Assembly (NCBI GenBank): GCA_963693365.1
Contig: CAVNZM010000007.1
Location: 2,155,979-2,219,978, forward strand
Direction: 5' to 3'
DNA length: 64,000 nucleotides
From: Amoebidium appalachense
Taxonomy: Eukaryota; Protista; Ichthyosporea
Positions 25,401 to 40,394 of this stretch are shown in pieces; the first letter of the stretch is position 1; every line of letters starts with the position of its first letter. The translations under genes and the position numbers were made by a program. The notes beneath the pieces were generated by a model that was given only the letters and a program-made list of their open reading frames with translations, was not told the origin of the DNA and searched no databases.

Positions 25401-25483
<83 letters not shown>

Positions 25484-25487
25484 TGCG

Positions 25488-28400
25488 CTATAATTTTGTA
25501 GTGATGTGTTTCTCAAGCCAATCAATACATCTAATAAACAGGTCGTAGTTACGCGTGTTTAGTATAAAATCAAGGATGTTGTAATTTACAGGTAGGCTAT
25601 CTTTCTGGGTGTCTGTTGTGAATGTGACGTGTGTGTGTTGCGGTATTATGTGGTCTATCAAACTACATTTGGCGATACATGACCGGTTAAACTGGTGTGT
25701 GTGTGTGTTGTTTGGGCATGCAAATGATGCCACCTTATACTTATTAGATCTCCACTGTATAGCACGTGTACAGTAAAAGCGTGGTAATTGATCAATAATA
25801 CCATCAGCTAGAGAAAGACCAGTTCTACAGGAAGGTAATATGTATTTAGGTGTTATACACTTGCGAGTGCCATATTTGGCAATATGGTTGAGGCGGTCAG
25901 TATATATAAAACGAGACATAAGGCTTAGTTTTTCAAGGTGTATGCTTTCATCGGGTCTAGTGTCGTGTGGTATCTTTTTCCATTTGTTATATTGCGTGAT
26001 TATCTTGTGATTGTGTACGTGTTTAATAAGTAAGTGGCAGTCCAAAGTCACACACACACTATTGCGGGGTTTATTTGTATTTGTGCCCAGGGGAGAAGGG
26101 GAGAGAGAGGGGAGGAAAGAGGGGAGAGGTGAGGAGGGGACAGGTCGGATAGAGAAGAGAGGGTGGGAGGGCAAATACTTCTTTAAGCGGCTTATGTGCT
26201 TATTGAATTTCAGCGCGAGATAGGATACTCTAGCAGCTATTGGGACCAGACCATATATCGAGAGCGTTACAGGCCCAGGTTTACAACAGTTGTTAGATAG
26301 AAAGGAGGCAACTTCTGCTTCAAGGAAATTTGCCAAGGGTTTAAGCGCTCTAGTTCTCTCTTTCTTGATCCAAGCGGCGAGAAGGGGTAAACCATATTCA
26401 CATGCCGGGAAGACAAAAGTGCGAATAAATGTAAGTCTAATAGAAGGATGGAGGGGTGTGTCTTTAAAAATATTAGCCGAGAAGAAAGCTAACCGCTTAC
26501 GAGCCAACTCTACCCTCTTTTCGACCATATGGGGAAACATAACACCAACAGAATCAACCGGAACACCAAGATATTTGTATTCTGGAACTATAGGTACAGG
26601 TTTAGATGATAATGTAAATGTGTGTAAATTGTTGGCTATATCAGGTACAAGAACACCACATTTGTCTATGTTAAGGATCATAAGGTTTGCCTTGCACCAC
26701 TCTGACACTACATCGAACAATCTTTGCAGGCGTCTAGGGGTACGGGCAAGGAGGGACAGATCATCAGCATAGAGAAGTGCAGGCGGAAAGTTATTAATAG
26801 GGTCATCGTTTTCGGCGTAAATCTTGACAGCCAAATCATCTATAAATAGGTTAAACAAAAAGGGGCTAAGCAATGAACCCTGCAAGAGACCTCTAGTACG
26901 AGCAAAACCATATGAAAGATGCCCATTAACCACAGCTCTACCATAGGTTTGAGACAAGAGTGCTTCTAACAGAACACCAATGCAGTGTGGTACACCCCGT
27001 GCAGCAAGCTTTTCCCATAGGAGACCAGGGGAGACAGAATCGTAAGCAGTTTTCCAATCAATAAAGCCAACATATTGTGCACCAACTTGCATAGAATCGT
27101 GCAGTGCCATTATTTGAACATAACATGAATTGTTTTTACGAAAAGCGGATTGGCATGGGTGTATGTGAAGAATAGATTGAAACCTAGGGTGATGTGCAAA
27201 TAACCTAAGTAAGCAAGCTTCAAAGAATCTACGAACAACCTGGGTTAGTGTAATGGGGCGAAAGGATGATATGGGGCCCTCAGAGTCCTTCTTAACTATG
27301 GGGATCACTAAGGTATCTAACCAAGATGACGGGACATGTCCACATTTAACACACCAAGAAAAGAGAGAGCTTAACATGATAGTAAGATCAGGTTTAATAG
27401 CACGATCACTTTCCTTTTGTGGGTAGGAGGGAACAAGGATTTTAAGAAACCCAGCAGGGAGTCCATCAGGTCCACAAGACTTACTAGAGCTATAACTAGA
27501 TATCACAGACCATATGGCATCGGGACTGAAAAAGGGGAGGATCGATTCTATGGGGATAGATGGGTCTACAGGCCACACAATAGGTTTCTGAGCGGGGGTC
27601 CTATCTTTAAACAGTTCCGAGAAATACTTATCAGAGTCTATGAGGGGGTCTCCAGTGGTATCACCAATAATACGAGCAGGGGGGCCAAATCGATTCATAC
27701 TAGCAAGCCGGCGCAAGCTTTCCTTTTGAGACAGGGGTTCACCTAGTCTAGCGGGAGTGGTGTTTGGTAACAAGAGAGCATCGGGGTATTCCTTCCTACC
27801 ACCGCCAGCATAATCACCGAGATCTATCAAATCATCAACAATAAAGTTAGTGCATGTATCTAGTACGAGATGTGAATCTGGCCTGGCTTGTGCAGATTCT
27901 AATAGGCGCATATATATAGGGTGTTTCGTAGCATAGCATACACATACATCAACTCTACCCCACTGTGACTTAAGCTGGGATAGACGGAGGCGAAAGGTGG
28001 GAGGGGGAGGGGGGAGCAGATCAAGGGAGATCTTAGGTAGGAAAAGGATAGGAGAGTGGTCAGATGACCTAGAGAGGTTAGGAGGGAGAGAGAGTTTTGA
28101 CATGGTTGATGGCCAAAAGGCCACTCCCCAGTCGGTGTTGTGGGCATGGGATATTTGAGGGAACCGCAAAGTGTGACTTTGGACATACCTTGCTAAAGGG
28201 ATAGCACGCTCCGGGGGCTTAGATGGGTACCCGACACTCACTTGCAGTGTGTCTGTGTGGTGGAGTCGCGTGTTAAAATCACCTAAAATAACAGTGGACA
28301 TTGGTAACTGTGACAACTCGTGAGTCAATTCGACAACCGACATAGATGGTGGGTAATATACAAAAGTAAAAACATTAGAAAGAAACTCTATAGAAACCGA

Positions 28401-28682
28401 GAATTCCGTTTTTGCTACCGGTTTGCACTTCACTCTCACGTGTGGTGCGGCAAGTACAATAATGCCTCGGTTTTTCGCGTAACCGGGGTGTGTGGATGTG
28501 TCGACCAATGTAGAGTTGAATTTGTGGTGGTTTTTAAACTGTGTTTCGCAAATCACTGTAAACGTGTGGTTGTTTGTCTGTTGTTGTATGTAGCTGATTT
28601 TATCGTCGAGTGTCCCGGGGGGGAGGCCCTTTTGGGGGCCCAGTGTCCGAGCATTCCAGAAGAAGAAGGATAAATTAGGCAT
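25488..28682 (-). CDS. LINE ORF2: apurinic endonuclease + reverse transcriptase
   Basis: FWNARTL, ICET, LGDFN, SDH (APE); GPDG, FRPITL, DWKTAYDSV, QGSLLSPFLF, YADD, YKYLG (RT); 1064 aa uninterrupted. Confidence 0.97.
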   Translation of the reverse strand: MPNLSFFFWNARTLGPQKGLPPGTLDDKISYIQQQTNNHTFTVICETQFKNHHKFNSTLVDTSTHPGYAKNRGIIVLAAPHVRVKCKPVAKTEFSVSIEFLSNVFTFVYYPPSMSVVELTHELSQLPMSTVILGDFNTRLHHTDTLQVSVGYPSKPPERAIPLARYVQSHTLRFPQISHAHNTDWGVAFWPSTMSKLSLPPNLSRSSDHSPILFLPKISLDLLPPPPPTFRLRLSQLKSQWGRVDVCVCYATKHPIYMRLLESAQARPDSHLVLDTCTNFIVDDLIDLGDYAGGGRKEYPDALLLPNTTPARLGEPLSQKESLRRLASMNRFGPPARIIGDTTGDPLIDSDKYFSELFKDRTPAQKPIVWPVDPSIPIESILPFFSPDAIWSVISSYSSSKSCGPDGLPAGFLKILVPSYPQKESDRAIKPDLTIMLSSLFSWCVKCGHVPSSWLDTLVIPIVKKDSEGPISSFRPITLTQVVRRFFEACLLRLFAHHPRFQSILHIHPCQSAFRKNNSCYVQIMALHDSMQVGAQYVGFIDWKTAYDSVSPGLLWEKLAARGVPHCIGVLLEALLSQTYGRAVVNGHLSYGFARTRGLLQGSLLSPFLFNLFIDDLAVKIYAENDDPINNFPPALLYADDLSLLARTPRRLQRLFDVVSEWCKANLMILNIDKCGVLVPDIANNLHTFTLSSKPVPIVPEYKYLGVPVDSVGVMFPHMVEKRVELARKRLAFFSANIFKDTPLHPSIRLTFIRTFVFPACEYGLPLLAAWIKKERTRALKPLANFLEAEVASFLSNNCCKPGPVTLSIYGLVPIAARVSYLALKFNKHISRLKKYLPSHPLFSIRPVPSSPLPSFLPSLSPSPLGTNTNKPRNSVCVTLDCHLLIKHVHNHKIITQYNKWKKIPHDTRPDESIHLEKLSLMSRFIYTDRLNHIAKYGTRKCITPKYILPSCRTGLSLADGIIDQLPRFYCTRAIQWRSNKYKVASFACPNNTHTHQFNRSCIAKCSLIDHIIPQHTHVTFTTDTQKDSLPVNYNILDFILNTRNYDLFIRCIDWLEKHITTKL

Positions 28683-29862
28683 CGGTTTGGTCCGACACCT
28701 GTGGGGTTGGTTCCCACTTGTCGCTTACGGGGTCGTATGCACGACCTTCCGCCAGCGCGAACAGTTCGCAGAAGAGCTCGATTTCCATCTCGCATCGGCG
28801 TTTGCGCTCGAGCAGTTTCTCACCAGAAAACATTGGTTCCTTCGTGTCCGTGTCTATCACGCTCGTAGCATCGTTTTCCAACTTTGCGAGGAACTCTTTT
28901 GCCTTGCTGATGCGTACACGACAACGTGTGGCGCACGCATTCTTAGCAGACACTTTACGTTCTTTGTCTGCTTTCTGAATGTTTTCCGGCGCGCATGGGT
29001 CGTAGCTTGGGAGGTGGGTGAAGAAGCTTCCACACCCCTTTGTCGCGTCACGGATGAACGCACGGTTATAGTCGCCCCGTACTGCTACTTCCAGCACATC
29101 GTATCCAATGAAGGACAGACAAAGGATGCGAGAGCACCGGAAGCCGAGAGCCTTGAAGATGGACCACATGGCCCTGTGTGGGCGTCTGCCGTGCTTGACT
29201 TTGAAATACACCCTCTCGTATTTGGGTGGGATGTTGATGTTACCGTTTGCTTGGGTGTTCCCCTTAGCCGGCGGTTTGGGAGGGGAGTTGCGGCGGTACT
29301 CGTTGCCTGCAAGAATGCTGGCATATGTTTCCTTGGCAATTTGGCGGAGCTCGGGTGTTTTACGAGAGTTCGCATATTCTAGGAACTCTGCCGGGAGCTG
29401 TGCTTCCGGTCCTGTGTTGTTTTGTGTTGGGGTGGAAATGTCTCCGTCGCGAGATGTTTGCTCATGAGTTTTGGGGTTTTGCGATCCACTAATGTTTAGC
29501 TGGGCTGTGAGTGAATCAATGGTGAGCTTGAGTTGGGTAAATTTTTCTGTTTGGAGTTTTTCTATCATGTTCTTGAGTGGTAACAGCTCATTTAGCTGTT
29601 TCTTAACGAGGGCAAGTTCTGCCAGTACTGTATCAACCGAAAGTTTCGGCATGGTTGTTATTGTGTTTCTACGGAGTGGTGTGGTGTTATTCTGAATGGG
29701 TAGTGTATTGTAAATAGGTGTTGCGCTTAGTCTAAGGCGATGTTTTTCTGGTTGTGCATCTGTGGTAGGTGTATCTGCTGGACGTTTTAATGGTCGCACA
29801 TGTGTGATGGGTGTAGATGGAACTTTGAAAGAGGTTCTGAAACGATTATAGGCATGTGCCAT
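28675..29862 (-). CDS. LINE ORF1 (coiled-coil nucleic-acid-binding protein)
   Basis: 395-aa ORF directly upstream of ORF2, overlapping it by 8 nt (ATGCCTAA); heptad-like LAELALVKKQLNELLPLKNMIEKLQ. Confidence 0.85.
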   Translation of the reverse strand: MAHAYNRFRTSFKVPSTPITHVRPLKRPADTPTTDAQPEKHRLRLSATPIYNTLPIQNNTTPLRRNTITTMPKLSVDTVLAELALVKKQLNELLPLKNMIEKLQTEKFTQLKLTIDSLTAQLNISGSQNPKTHEQTSRDGDISTPTQNNTGPEAQLPAEFLEYANSRKTPELRQIAKETYASILAGNEYRRNSPPKPPAKGNTQANGNINIPPKYERVYFKVKHGRRPHRAMWSIFKALGFRCSRILCLSFIGYDVLEVAVRGDYNRAFIRDATKGCGSFFTHLPSYDPCAPENIQKADKERKVSAKNACATRCRVRISKAKEFLAKLENDATSVIDTDTKEPMFSGEKLLERKRRCEMEIELFCELFALAEGRAYDPVSDKWEPTPQVSDQTDA

Positions 29863-31120
29863 GACATGGATGGGGGTGTTCCCCGGCCCTTAGGGCCACG
29901 GATGGCCTGGTTTAGGGGTGGATGCGCGAAGGATACTATTTATGATATTGCTCACAACATCCGATTGGCTACAGGGGAATGTAAAGACCAAATATGGCTA
30001 CACTTAAACAAGACCAATCATTGCACTTACATTTATGTACAGAGAACTGATTGGCTAAGCCATACCTAGAGACTAACCAATCGGAATGCAAAGTAGCTGG
30101 CAGTTCGAATTCCACATGTCACTTCGTCGTCGTGGCTGCGGCTGTTCCTCAAAGAAAACCCGTTTAAAAGCGAACCATTTTAGTAATTATTGCATGTAAC
30201 CCATTAACCGTAGCATTTTCAACTGAGCAATTCCTGTGATGGCTCACACTGTTCAATATTCGGGTGGGTAAATCACATAACTTTAGCACAAATACATAAT
30301 AATTATATTTTTTTGTCATTAGGACATTTTCAGTGATGTTGGTGGAGTTTTCAGCCTTAGGATCTGGACTTCTGCGCCAATGCAACACCTTGCATTTTGA
30401 TCTATTTCAGTGTGCTTTTGGCTTCAAGAACCAACTTGTGGCAGTATCGCAGTCAGGGGTTGTATTACGACCCAAAATCGTCGTATTTACGATTAAGCCC
30501 AGGTGGTCAAAACGAGTAACGCTGTGAGGTGCTGTATTAATTTTAAGTAGCAGTGAAATAGGCCACAATAGTGTATTTTTGTGTTTATATAAATAAATTT
30601 GATGCATCCGAAATTTTCTCTAATCGGAGTACTTAGCGGCCATAACCAAGTTTACTCCGATCGCAGTACTTTAGGAATGCTTGTTTCGGAAGGATACCGC
30701 GCGAGCTATGGGGGCCCATGAGCCCGCTTTTTTTTGTACAGCCAGTAAGAAAACATAAGTTTACACCTTTTTTGCCTTTGGTACGGTAACTAACAAGGCT
30801 TTCCCTAGCTTTTATTGGTTGCCGACGCTGTTGCAAGTTTTTGAATTCATGCTCGACAACAACATGATTCATGATCAAACGGACGAAACTTGCTGAGTCC
30901 GCGAACACAACAAGCCATGGGTTTCATGTGAAAGATGAGCGCCCAACATGGCCGAAACATTAGACCCAATAGAGCCACTTTATTCTGGAGCTCGTGTCTG
31001 TTGTTTTGCATACATATTTGACGGGGTTCACAGGGGGAAGATTTCACAGATGACACCACACGTTGGTCTTACAAGAAGTTCGGCCTGAGCTGGGACACAC
31101 AAATACTGGTAGGCACAGTA

Positions 31121-32995
31121 GTGAAACGATGCAAGACAAACGAAGACAGTGAATGGAAAGTAAAGTTTGATTTTGACGGTACCACAGAAGTAGTTCTGCG
31201 CAATCAGCTAACTTTAATAGATGAAGAAGACAGTGAACACACAAGTAGCGAGCTAGAGAGTGATAGTGATGAAGAGAGTCCAGATGGAGACATCCAAGGA
31301 GTAGAGATTCCTGTCACAGACAGTGAGAGTGAAGATGAGATAGAACTTGTAGATGAACAAGTAGAGTTACCTACCCCCACCGACCCCACGTGCACCTTGC
31401 AATGGACCATTCCAGATGAGCAAGTACTTGACAAAAGAACAGGCCCACGGCAGAAAACCAACGAATTTCCACTAGCACTAAACAAGCGCAAAGAGTGTTC
31501 TGTGTTTGTTTGAACACTTCATGCCTATGGAGTATCTCTTCACAGTAGTCATTCCACTCACAAACAAAGTAGGTCGTGCACGTTACAAAAAATGGGTTGA
31601 CTTAACCCCGGGTTACAGTGAGCTACTTAGATGGTTGGGTATGTGGATTTACATGGCTGGAACATTCGAACCCGGCTCGAGATCGAACTACTGGACGTCG
31701 GCAGCAGAGAACCCAAGCCGCATATTTCCCGTACAAGATTTTGCCCGCTTCATGACCGAACACCGGTTCGAAAACATCCGTGCCTGCTTTACCGTCACCG
31801 ACATCACTCAATATCCGGAGGATGATCCACTGAAAGACACACGCGGTTTCATGGAAGCACTGCAGAGTCGGTGCCGTTGCTCTATCGAGCCCGGGGATAA
31901 ATTATTCGAAGACGAGGCCATCTTTGCCAGCTATCATTGCAACCTTCCGTGCCAAATCTACATAAAACGAAAACCCCACCCTCTCGGTCAAGAAATAAAA
32001 AATCTACACGACTGTGTAACCAACATACTCATTAACTTCGAAATGAACGAGGGGAAGCTTAGGATGGCTAGCAAACCGTACCGACAGTTGGGAGCTGGAA
32101 CAGGCACCACCTTGCGTCTTCTAACCCCATGGGCCAACCCCACCCACCGTAACCCCAGAACGATCGTCGGAGACAGCTGGTTTGGGTCAGTAACCGGGAC
32201 AAGGGAAGTGGTACAAAATCGGATTCTACGCACTTTTCAATGTCAAAACCGCAACCAGAGACTTTCCCCTCAACATGTTGGACCTTCTATGTGAGGAAGG
32301 ACGTGGTGTATGGTCGGAGGCAGTGTGCAGTGTGGACGGAGTAGACCTCGTTGCGGTGTTATGGAGAAACAAGAACTACAGTATGAAAGTGATCACCTCA
32401 TGTTCATGTACTCAGCCGGGTCAACCGAGAAATCACGAAACGGAAATGACGTCCCCCAACCGAAAGCAGTCGAAGAATACTTCGAAAACTACAACATGGC
32501 CGATATATTTAACAAAACACGAATGTTAAATGGCTCTGTGACGAAGCCTTGGGCACTAAACGTCACCAACTCCGCACCTTTGGGGGGCTTCTGGGGTTTG
32601 TAGTAGCAAACGTACACTTTGCATACAGATACTTTGGCAAATCCACAAACACGAGCATGGACACAAGGCGTGAGCTAGCAGAAGTACTCATATGCAACCC
32701 CCACCTGCCTGCACTAGAATACCCCCTTCCCCCTGCTGCTCCTGCCCCCCATGCTCTACACGGACACCAGCGTGCCAGAAAAGAAAGAAAAGGTAGATGC
32801 GTTCTCTGCTTCAGGAACAAAGGGGAACGCCACCAGACACATACCTACTGCATCAAGTGTAATGTGTTTCTCTGCAATGATCAAACACGTGCATGCTTCG
32901 AAAACCACATCACATATGGTGTTCCTCCACGCACACGCACCCAAGTCAACACAAACACAGGCCCGGTACGATCACACAGAAACACTACACGTTAA
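31121..32995 (+). pseudogene. piggyBac-family (PGBD-like) transposase, at least 4 frameshifts
   Basis: Acidic N-terminus, ELLRWLG, RFENIR, EDEA, YIKRKPHPLG, VGDSWFGSV, C-terminal Cys-rich domain RCVLC...YCIKCNVFLC...CFENH. Confidence 0.85.
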
Positions 32996-33043
32996 AGTAC
33001 CTTCTGCCCACTGGTCAGTTTCTGTACATTGCGCAACACTCAT

Positions 33044-34096
<1,053 letters not shown>

Positions 34097-34764
34097 TCCC
34101 CACTCAAGGGGTTGAAGTTTGTGTTCTCGTGTCTGTTGATGTGACGGTAGATGAGGTCCAAACACAGCAGGGGCCGTCACACTCAAGTTTCCCCACTCGA
34201 GGATGCAAACCGAAGATCCTTGAGGTGGGAAGGAGAAAATCAAAACTGAAAAGGCACACAACGACGGTTGCCTCTGAAGACTCGGAACAATAAATCATGG
34301 TGGTTATCGTCGATATACATATATAGAGGAAACACTAGTGTATGTGTGACGTGTTGGTGGCTAATGGTTTATACTGGGGACCACCCAGGTAAACACAAGG
34401 CATGAACATCTTGTGGACTGATTTATAGACTGGTGGTCAACCAGTTAAGACACGGGGAAGGTGCATCCCGTGGACTAGGTTTAGACTGGCAGTCAACCAG
34501 CACGCCATGGCTATAGATAATTATTTATACTGGGACGCCATCCCAGTTCGACAAGTCGAATATAGAAGAAAACCAATATATATGGTGGGATATGAATATA
34601 AATAAACGACGGATGGTGGAGAATAATCCCCACTGAAGATGCACATATATGACGATGTAAGACTGAGTCCCCACTGATGAAGAGAAACGATGAGGAGTAG
34701 TAGACTTTCGTTGGGAGGCATCTTGATCACCGTAGGTGTGTCAACTGCTGTCCAGGGCCCCAAC

Positions 34765-37700
34765 CTACTCAGAAACCACTCGATGATGAACACCAGTGCA
34801 CGGGTCAGTCACGGAGACTGAGGTTGGCACGGTGTGTGTCGTGGGCCGGACCAGCAGAGGCTTGGTGAAGATGTCGGCCAGGTTCTTCTTGGTGTCGATG
34901 TAGGTGACAGTGACGTCCCCACTGTTGATGTAGTCCTTGGTGTTGAAGTAACGAACGGCAATGTGCTTGGTCCGGTGCTTGATGGTGTTGGAGTGGACCA
35001 GAGCAATGGTGGACTGATTGTCACAGTACACTGGGGTGGGCTCGGTCATGGGGTAGCCCAGCTCCTTTAGTAGATCACGGTGCCAGACAACATCTTGCAC
35101 GGCAGCATTGAGGGCCAGGAGCTCGGCCTCACAGGTGGAAGTTGCAGTGATCGTCTGCAGCTTGGAGTGGTAGGTGACGGGGGAGCCTTCGAGGAGGATG
35201 ACGTACCCAGACGTGGAACGACGGGTGGTGGGGCAACCAGCAAAGTCAGAATCCGAGTAGCACTCAAGGATGGGCACCTTGCTGTTGGGGGCCTTCTTCT
35301 TGTAGTAGAGGCCGAGGTTGATGGTGCCGAGCAGGTAACGAACGACACGGAGGAGAAGCTCCCAGGCAGTCTTGGTGGGCTTGGAGCTGAATCGGCCGAG
35401 GTAGCCAATGGCATACGAGATGTCAGGCCGGGAGCACCGAGCAACTTGAACCCACAGCAGACGGCCGAGGAGTTCACGGTAGGGCCCGGGGACGGTGGTG
35501 GGCAGGGATGAGAGGGAGGTCTCGTTGATGATGGTGCCCACGGGAATAGGGGTTGCCTTAGGCTTGGCATCGACCAGGTTGAAGTCGGTGATGATGTCCT
35601 TGATGTAGGAGGACTGCAGCAGCTTGAGGGAGTCACGGGTGTACAGCAGTTGGGTGCCGAGGAAGATGTCTGGCAGACCGACCTTGCACTCGGCAGACTT
35701 CGTGATGTGACGAACAAGCCCCTGCATGATGGTGGAGTTCCGTGTGCAGGTGATGATGGCATCATCAACGTAGTTGCCCGAACGGATGATGTGCCCATTG
35801 GGGAACTGACGGAAGTAGACACACGGATCGGAACGGAGACGGGTGAGGCCGTGGGCAATGAGAATGGAGTTGAAGAACTCGTACCATGCCAGGGATGCCT
35901 GCTTGAGTCCGTAGATGGCCTTCTTGAGTTTCCAGACTTTGTGTTCATTGCCAGGGAGGATAAAACCAGGAGGTTGCTCCATGTACAAAGTCTCGTCGAG
36001 GGGGCTGTTGAGGAAGGCCGTGCTGATGTCGAGTTGATGGATCTCGTGGTCCTGTTGCACACCGAGGGCAAGCAGGGCACGGACGGAGGAGGACATGACG
36101 ACGGGGGAAGAGTTTTCACCGTAGTCAACACCGTAGACTTGGGTGAAACCCTTGGCCACACCACGACCCTTGATCTTGGTGTCACCAGCAGAGTTGAGGA
36201 CCTTCTCCGTGACAATCCACTTGAATCGGATGATGTTGGCATCGGAGGGGGGCTCAACTACGTCGAAGATGTCCTTGTCGATGAAAGCCTTGTACTCGGC
36301 AGTGAGGGCAGTCACCACTTCATCACCCTTGGTGCCGGAGCACAGCTTCTGAATTGACCGGGGCAGCTGAGACACATCAAGGCTGGGCCGGGAGATGCTC
36401 ACCATAGCCATGGCAGGCCGAGAGGAGAGACGGGAGGAACGACGGGGGACGGTACGGAGGGGCTCAGGGGCCGGGGGGGGTGTCTGGGACAGACACTCGG
36501 TGGTCGGGGGATGGGGGCCTGGAAGCCAGGAATGGGTGCCGTGTTGAGGGGGGAGTTGGATAACACGGGGCTGGATGGGGCCGAGTGGAACTCCGGAGAC
36601 CCAGGACGAACCGGGGTGAGATGACCAGGTACGTGGTCATTGACGGCAGGGGCCGGCAGCAGGGGTTGCTGGCCGGTGGGGGGGGGGGGTGGGTGGAGCC
36701 ACGGGGGCAGGTACACGACGGGGGGAACGACGGATAATCACCGACGGAATTTCTTCGTCATCGGAATTGGAATTTCCGGAATGCAGGGATGGATCGATTG
36801 AGGTTGTCTGATTGGTGGCCTGCACAGAAATCTGATTGGATGCCGTGGTGAATTGTGATTCGTCGAAGACGACATCGCGGTAGAGGTTGACCGTGTTGCC
36901 ACGTAGATTCATGATCTTGTGGGCTTTGTTGGTGATATCCCAGCCCACGTAGGTGCCGAGTTTGACGGTAGAGGCCAACTTGTCTCGTTTGGATGCAGGG
37001 ACGTGTACATAGGCTGGGCAGCCAAACACGTGCAGGTGGGAGATGTCAGGCTTGACACCGTAGAAAATTTCAAACGGTGTACGGCCATTGGCAGCTCTGG
37101 CCGGGGTCACGTTGATGATGTAGGCAGCATGCTTGAGAGCAGCTCCCCACAGCTTGGGGGAAAGGGAGTCGGCCTTGTCCTGATGAAGGAAGCACCGAAC
37201 GATCTCCTGCAGATCCCTCATCTTACATTCAACGAAGCCGTTGAGTTGGGGGCAGTCAACCGGGGCAAATTCCTGAATGATGCCCTTGGACTGACAGTAC
37301 TGCTCCATAGCATGGGAGGTGAACTCGGACCCAGAGTCTGAACGGAAGTGGGTCACCACCTTGTCGGGTTGCTTGTCAGTAGTCTCAACCAGGGCCTTGA
37401 CGTATTCGAGAGTTTCGGATCTATCACGGAGGAGGTACACGATGGTGTAGCCGGAGGCATCACAGGTACACACGAGGGCCACCTTGTAGCCACCATAGGA
37501 GGCACAGGGAGGCTCGAAGAAGTCCATGTGCCACTTGGCACCGGGGAAGGGGCACTGGGGGTTCTAGTGCCGGAGAATGGGGCCTTGGTGGTCTTGCCGG
37601 AGACACAACCGAAGCAGTCAGTGGTGTCAGCCACTGAGAGGGATGAGGGGAGGCCTGTCACGAGGTCACCTCTCACCATCTTGGTGAGGGTGGACAGGGC

Positions 37701-39249
37701 ACGATGGCCGAGACGGTGGTGCCAGAGCTGAGGATCATTGTTGACCTTGACGTTGGCTACCAGAGCGGCAGTGACGGTCCGAGGGATGGAGGGACGTATC
37801 TCATAGTCAGTGATGAAGTACAGTCCATCTGTGCCTGTGAGGGAACACACGATGTTGCCACCACGAGTGTAGAGGTAGGATGGGAATTCATCCTCATCAT
37901 CTAGGTGGGCAAGGAGACCCGACTTGGAGGCCATTGAGGGTGATATTAGGAAGGCTGGGGAGTCGGGTACATAGAGGGTGTTGAGGCTCAGTACTGATGT
38001 TACTCCGTTGTAGGTGACGGCCAGGTTGATGACACCACGGTGATGTGCAGTGACGATGCCGAGGCCGTGGACGTCAGTCGGGGGGCATGGCTCAAGAGTA
38101 GAGAAGTACTCTTTTACTGGGCACACGTGGACGTTTGAAGCCGAGTCCCAGCAGGGGTCCATGGGTAGGGAGGCCGTGGTGGACACGAGGGCAAAATGCA
38201 CCTCTTTTCCAGACTTGGTGTTGGCACGGTGACGACGGGCAATTGAGCAGCCAGGTTTGTCACACTGTGTGACATGATGGTCTTCGTGACAGTAGGCACA
38301 GTCGAGGGAGCCAGTTGTCTTGGCTCGGGGTGGCTGGGAATGACGGTTACTCCCTTTACGTGGGGGGTAGGGTGACCGGGAACGATAGCCGGGGGAACGG
38401 GACCGTGAGTAATCACGGTCAACTGAGGGGGATCGATCGGTGGGACGACCGCGGGGGTGACGGGAGACGGAGCTGTCACGTCGGGGGATCCGGTGTCTGA
38501 GGTCGTCCTTGGTGAGGACACGGCTTTGCAGGGCACGTGCTGTTCGGACGGTGGAGGAGGACCCGGACCCAGAGTCGATGAGACCTTCACGGATCTCTGC
38601 AGCTTGGATGTCACTGATTAGATGGTTGTAGGTCTCGTAGTTAATGGTACGACGGAAGTAGTCGGCAATCATGGCCTGGATGTCGGTACAAACTAACTTA
38701 CGGTTCTTCTTGAGGTGGATGAAGAAGTTATCAACCATAATCTTGTGAGGAATGGGCTCTTCGAGGATGTGCAGGGTAGTGCACAGACGGCGTGCCATGG
38801 TGAGGTAGGCCGTGACGGTAAGACTTGAAGTCTTTGAGTTCAAGCTCATGGTAGTCGAGGAGGATTTGAGGAGCACGATCTTCACGTTCAGCCGCATAGG
38901 TCATACGGAGGTTGTGGAAAGCTTGGGCAGGTGACACATCATCGTGGATTTGACCAGAGTTATACAGCTCGTCATTGGAGACGAGTTGAGTAAACATCTG
39001 TTCAAGGAAGTTGGAAGCCTCGGTGTAGGCCTCCTCTGTGTCATAGCCGTGCCACTCATTCTCGTCGGAAGGGTCGACCCACTCGGGGGCCTTGATGACG
39101 GGCACTAACTTGGCCGCGGTGGTGGTACGTAGGTACCGGAAGATGACGGGTTCCCACTCATAATAGGTGAGACGTTTGCCGGACTTCTTGTCCGTGGTGT
39201 CATCCCCTTTCCAGGGGGTGAGGTTGAGATACGCAGGTTTCTCCGACAT
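34765..39249 (-). pseudogene. Copia gag-pol polyprotein with about 4 frameshifts
   Basis: Knuckle CAYCHEDHHVTQC, protease WDSAS, HHRLGH...CFGC, RSDSGSEF, RT LDISTAFLN / YVDD, RH YSDSDFAG...ADIFTK, spread over five ORFs. Confidence 0.93.
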
Positions 39250-39355
39250 GGTGATCAATCAGTCAGATGATGCGTGAGAGAGGAATCAGATCGGTATTCA
39301 AATTTGAATATTTTTGATTGCAGCGAGAGTATGTGTTGCGAGAGCGTGCGAAAAT

Positions 39356-39367
39356 GGGCCTATAACC
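39356..39367 (-). promoter_or_regulatory. Primer binding site GGTTATAGGCCC (internal initiator tRNA-Met half-molecule type)
   Basis: Abuts the 5' LTR; one mismatch to the GGTTATGGGCCC PBS of copia-type hemiviruses. Confidence 0.8.

Positions 39368-40394
<1,027 letters not shown>

Larger units (their letters stand above)
25328..30158 (-). mobile_element. Full-length non-LTR retrotransposon (LINE, APE-RT type) with (CA)n 3' UTR and poly(A) tail
   Basis: Intact ORF1+ORF2; (GT)n ~25402-25478 and poly-T 25328-25364 on the plus strand; CCAAT-rich 5' region. The 5' boundary is approximate (weak TSD candidate cccgtt). Confidence 0.85.

Noticed and set aside
34674-34690. CTGATGA-aga-GAAAC hammerhead-like core in the Copia 3' region
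   Set aside because: No room for stem II and no convincing stems I/III.
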